A stretch of 64,000 nt of DNA from the NCBI GenBank assembly GCA_022813865.1, contig JALDZX010000066.1:1-64000 (forward strand), in the 5' to 3' direction. This DNA is from Xylographa opegraphella (taxonomy: Eukaryota). The translations under genes were made by a program, and so were the position numbers. The notes beneath the pieces are model-generated. The model was not told the origin of the DNA and made no database searches. It saw only the letters and a list, made by a program, of their open reading frames with translations. Positions 59,690 to 64,000 of this stretch are shown here, piece after piece; the first letter of the stretch is position 1, and each line of letters begins with the position of its first letter.

Positions 59690-62573
59690 TTAGAATACCC
59701 AAGTAAACGACTCCTTGACTTCGAATGAGCAATGACGCCTGTCCATTTGTCAGTTAAGCAACGACGAATAGAATTGAATTACTGACCGGATGTCCGCCGA
59801 AGATGCACCTATCAAAACCTCAAAGCTCCCCTCCTCAGCAATCCATGCTTCTATCGAAGTGTCATAATACCCGACCGAGTGCTTATCAAACTTGAGCTGC
59901 ACATTGCGTGTTTGTCCTGGGAAAAGAAATACTTTTGAAAAAGCTTGCAACTCCTTCTCCGGCCGTGGTAGACGTGATTTGGGGTCTCGAACATATGCTT
60001 GCACGATCTCGCTGCCCGAGACCTTCCCTGTGTTTGTGATCGGTATTGATACAAGGATCTGTCCAGTTTCGGACATCACCTTCGAATCTACTTCAGGAGT
60101 ACCATAATGGAAAGTAGTGTATGAGAGTCCATGACCGAAAGGGAAAAGCGGTGTGACTTTCGAAGCCTCATAGTGCTTATAACCGACGAACAAGCCTTCT
60201 CCATAGACGACCTTGAGGTTCTCTCCTGGCCAATTATGGTACGAGGGGTTATCTTCCAATCTCCGAGGGAACGTCACTGGAAGCTTTCCACCCGGACAAA
60301 CACGCCCGAGAAGGACATCAGCGAGTGCCCGGCCAGCCTCTTGGCCTTGATACCAGCCTTGGATGATTGCAGGAACTTCATCAGCCCAAGGCATCGTTAC
60401 CGGCGTGCCGGACTGGTTGACCACAACGGTATTTGGATTGGCTTTCACGATAGCGCTAATTAACTCATCTTGGTTTCCATCGCGAGGCAAATCCATCGTT
60501 TGGCGATCGTATCCTTCAGACTCCCACTCAGCATCGAGACCAACACAAATTATTGCAACATCTGCTTGCTTAGCCACATCTATGGCCTCCTGAAGAAGAT
60601 CGGTTGTTTGTTCCTCCTCGTACCCAATTCTGCAGCCACCATAGCCATGGTTGGGACCGTCAAAGGACATTTTAGACTTTGGCCGCTTCTCGTTATTGCT
60701 CTCTACAGTAATGTCGACTTTCTCGCCGGCTTGCAATTGGATTTTCTTGAACACGTCTTCGGAGCCGTCGAACATGGCTTCCCCTTCTTCAGTCCAATCC
60801 CAGTTGTCAATGAAAAGCTCCTGATTTACAAAGAGCTTTGCAGGTCCAACGCTTGAAAAACCGATGGTGTGCAGTCCCGAGGTTTTGGGCGTAATGGTGC
60901 ATTTGACACGAAAAGAATAAGCGGGTAATAGATCTTTTGGTGCAGAGTCCCAGAGATATAGATCAGTGCCTTTCTTGTGCTGGACGTGTACAGGACTTCC
61001 TTTAAGGCGATCGCCCTGGTAATATTCTAAAATCACGCCGGGCCGCCCCGAAGGGGTTCTGCAATCAGAATCGGACATCAGCGGTAGCCACTTGGCAGTG
61101 TTACATCCTTGAGCATAGGTAATTTTCGAATTTGAGATGTCCGCAAGGCCCTGAAATGGACTGGTAGTATAATAAGGTTTTAGACTTGCACTTCCACCGC
61201 CTCCAGCAATTGCACGCTTAGCATTCGGCCCTATCAGTGCTATGGACATTTCGCCGTCCGCAATTGGTAATACGCCTTCGTTTTTCAATAATGTGATACC
61301 TTCCTGCCCCGCACGTCGGATCAGATCGCGTCGTTCCGGTGTGTCGTCGGAACGTTCCGAGGCTTCCTTTGGTCCATTGAGGCCCTTTGTCTTTTCTATG
61401 AGCCGAATCACGTTTGTAGCGCTTCTCTCTACATCCGTTTTACTGAGCTCTCCATTCTGGACTGCCTGCACAGCTCTTTCACCGCGCCACTTGGCAGGTC
61501 CCGGCATCTCTAGATCACAGCCCGCTGCGATTGATTCCGCGACAGAATTTATACCAGTCCAATCCGACATCACCATTCTAGCCATGTTAGCATGTATTAA
61601 AAGAACGAATTTCCGCAGTTACCCATCGTATTTCCACTCCCCTCGCAAGATCTTCGTCAGAGTATGTTTGTTCATATCTGCATGCACTCCATTGACCTGA
61701 TTGTAAGACGTCATCAATGCCCACGGCGACGACTCTCGGATCGCGATTTCGAACGGCTTTAGATAGAGCTCACGGAGAGGTCTTTCTTGTATCACGGAGT
61801 CGATAAAGTTCCGGTGGGTCTCTTGCTCGTTTCCGACAAAGTGCTTCGGTGTGGCTGCAATACCCCAACTTTGTAACCCGTTGATATAAGCGGCAGCCAG
61901 TTTTCCGGTAAGATGAGGGTCTTCTGAGAAAGACTCGAAATTCCGTCCACCGAGCGGAGAACGATGTATACAAATGGTGGGCCCCAATAGTACATCCGCC
62001 CCACGAGCTTTCGTTTCCTCACCAAGGTGCTGTCCAAGCTCTTGGATGAGGGCTGTATTCCACGTTGCGGCCAGTGAAACTCCGCAGGGAAAGAGCGCTG
62101 CCTATCAAGGGTCAGTAGAATGCTATGGAACAGGAATGGCATATCATATACCGGTGTACCATCAGTGAAGAAAGCTCCTCGAGCCCCGTTGGGCCCATCA
62201 GTCGTCTTCAAGGAAGGAATCTTTTTGCCTGGAATGGCCACAGTCCTCCAGAAATCTGCGCCAGCGAGCAGTGAGATCTGGGGTCCGTCAGCAGTCTCCT
62301 CCACATTGAGCACGGTTGCACAACCTGTTCTTCCAAAGTGAGCCCAGCTACGATGCGGCGAGCACGGTCCCTCGGATCCGAGTCATCGACCATCTTTTGA
62401 CCGGTCATCTTGAAGCTTGGGTGTGCCTTGGTGGTAGAGCTGCCACTCGACTTCTCCGGCGCGGATGCATGGCCGTTGGGTGTGGGGTGACTTATGTAGC
62501 CGTTGGTGGTAGGTGAACTATCCTGTGCTGCAAGAGAGCCCGAGTCTCCTTGGCCTACTTCTGCGGGAGGCAT
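59690..62573 (-). CDS. Intracellular GH3 beta-glucosidase with PA14 and FnIII domains; five exons
   Basis: TDGPNGARG, GGRNFESFSEDP, KHFVGNE, MSDW (nucleophile), GCDLEMPG, WESEGYDR, FPFGHGLSY, GASSADIR; no signal peptide. Introns 62278-62324, 62102-62151, 61578-61622, 59739-59786. Start could be a downstream ATG (MTGQK..). Confidence 0.93.
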
Positions 62574-63416
62574 CACTGGACAATCCGAGAGAGGAGCGGT
62601 GCTTGGAGGCGACGACAGATTGAGTTACGGACGGATGACGGCTTGACGGCCAGCGAGAAGAGGTTGGGAAAGCCATGAGCCAGGGCTCTGCACGAATTAA
62701 AGTAAGCGGTAGGCGGAAGATCTTGATAGCATCTAATCTACAGATCAGCGTTCTTTGCGGTCCCGAGAGCGTGTGCGTCCCGAAAGTTACCTAGGCCCGG
62801 TACCGGTTAAGTTTTGAGGCAGGCAGTGGGATTTTGCGGATACGGCATTCCGTACGTGTGAAGTGTGTCCACATACGACAACGCGCTGATCCAGGCTTGT
62901 GGGGTTTTATTCGCGGAGAAGTCACTGGGTGCCTGAGAGGGTGGGGAGGGGGTGCGGCTATGCGGATGCGGGGGCCGAAGTCTCGCCAACGTTCGAGATG
63001 GACTTAAGCACAAAGGCCGGCTGGACTGACCAATGCCAAGGACATCGGCCCGGGTTCGGGTAAATCCCGGTAGAAGTCACGACTCACGCCCGTGTTCCTC
63101 CTGTCAAGAGCATGTAGTGTGTCGATGCATGTTCGACAACTTGAGAGCTGAGAATAATAGAATAGCAATTCCCACACTCACCAAAGGAACACCCGTTTCT
63201 CCCTTGTCATTGGGACGTGGAAGCCCCAGGATGGCTCGATGGCAGCCGCTCCTAGCTCGCGGGCACCAGCAGGGCTCCCATCCGCCCTCGCGTCAGCTCT
63301 TAGTAACACGCAAGGGATGCTGCTTCCATGCCCGAATTGGCCCGGAGTTGGTCGGAGGAAGCGGAGTGCGGAGCATGTCCGCCGAAGCTTCCTTCTCACC
63401 CACATGACCACATCAG

Positions 63417-64000
63417 ATGGCGGAGGACGACAACGACCGTGAGGCTACCGAGTTGGGCGAGCAACAATCACCTTGTCGTGCGCAGAGTTCAAATCCCAAT
63501 GGATTGGAAGTTGCTGCCCACGGTCGGCCGACGGTACAGCCCCGGCAGAAAGAACAGCATGCGTTGAAGAAATTCTGGAAGCGGCAGGTATCTGTCTCCG
63601 TTGACCATGAGGCATGTAGAGACCATTTTGGTATGTTTTTTGGCCTGCTCCCTTATCACGCGATTGTTTGGACCAGGGTTGAGGGTCGAGCTCCTTTACT
63701 ATTGGTCCATTTTGTGCAAGCTGCATTTGGTGTTCTAAAGGACAGAGCGGGATCCAAGTTTATCGTTCAACTTGTAATCAATGTTTTTCGATTACCTGCG
63801 TGACTGATAGTGACCCAGCGCTGGAGCGGACGTACTTGGGTTACATGAGAACTTCTACGGTCTTTGCAACTATAGGGGTTACCATTGCCCAACTCTTTCG
63901 CTTGAAAAGTGAAGGAGCCATTAACCCGCCTCTTGGATTCTTCGCTCTCGGAATCCCACTGGCATGTGTTTTCATAGGATGTGCCTTGGTCGTCACTCTT
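63417..64000 (+). CDS. DUF202 (YidH-like) membrane protein, truncated by the window end; intron 63631-63818
   Basis: Spliced CRDHFA|LERTYLGYMRTS..IAQLFRL.. followed by hydrophobic helices matches the DUF202 RDHxAxERTxLxxxRT signature. Confidence 0.85.

Noticed and set aside
1..64000. CRISPR arrays, transposons, rRNA/tRNA, secondary-metabolite backbone genes
   Set aside because: No regularly spaced repeats, terminal repeats, transposase/RT motifs, RIP-like AT-rich blocks or PKS/NRPS domains were seen.

Overview
Eukaryotic DNA from a filamentous ascomycete (Pezizomycotina; short GT-AG introns with CTRAY branch sites). A lichen-forming Lecanoromycete is plausible but not provable from this window. 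I spliced 21 protein-coding genes by hand: TVP23 (last exon only), DSF2/Nif1-like Sel1 protein, maltose/alpha-glucoside MFS permease, FAN1, SDC1/Dpy-30, RPS13, GprM-class GPCR, a secreted Thr-rich/Cys protein with a PAN/Apple-like domain, RAX2, OGG1, U2AF large subunit, NTO1, a small fungal hypothetical protein, a Dal81/TamA-like Zn2Cys6 factor, GH5 endoglucanase, cytochrome P450, a RecJ-like DHH phosphoesterase, secreted tyrosinase, a zinc-ribbon metallo-beta-lactamase-fold protein, GH3 beta-glucosidase and a DUF202 protein (truncated by the window end). No tRNA, rRNA, CRISPR array or intact transposon was seen. The most notable observations are: (1) an apparently catalytically intact RecJ-like DHH nuclease with an NLS and a PIP-like tail; (2) repeated GC-rich islands in which the + strand flips from C-rich to G-rich, mostly at gene 3' ends, visibly biasing protein tails; (3) non-canonical splice signals in the U2AF gene itself, plus a GC-AG intron and a 10-nt microexon in the tyrosinase copper sites; (4) a ~5.9-kb island with no recognisable gene. 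Family assignments come from motif recognition, not database searches.
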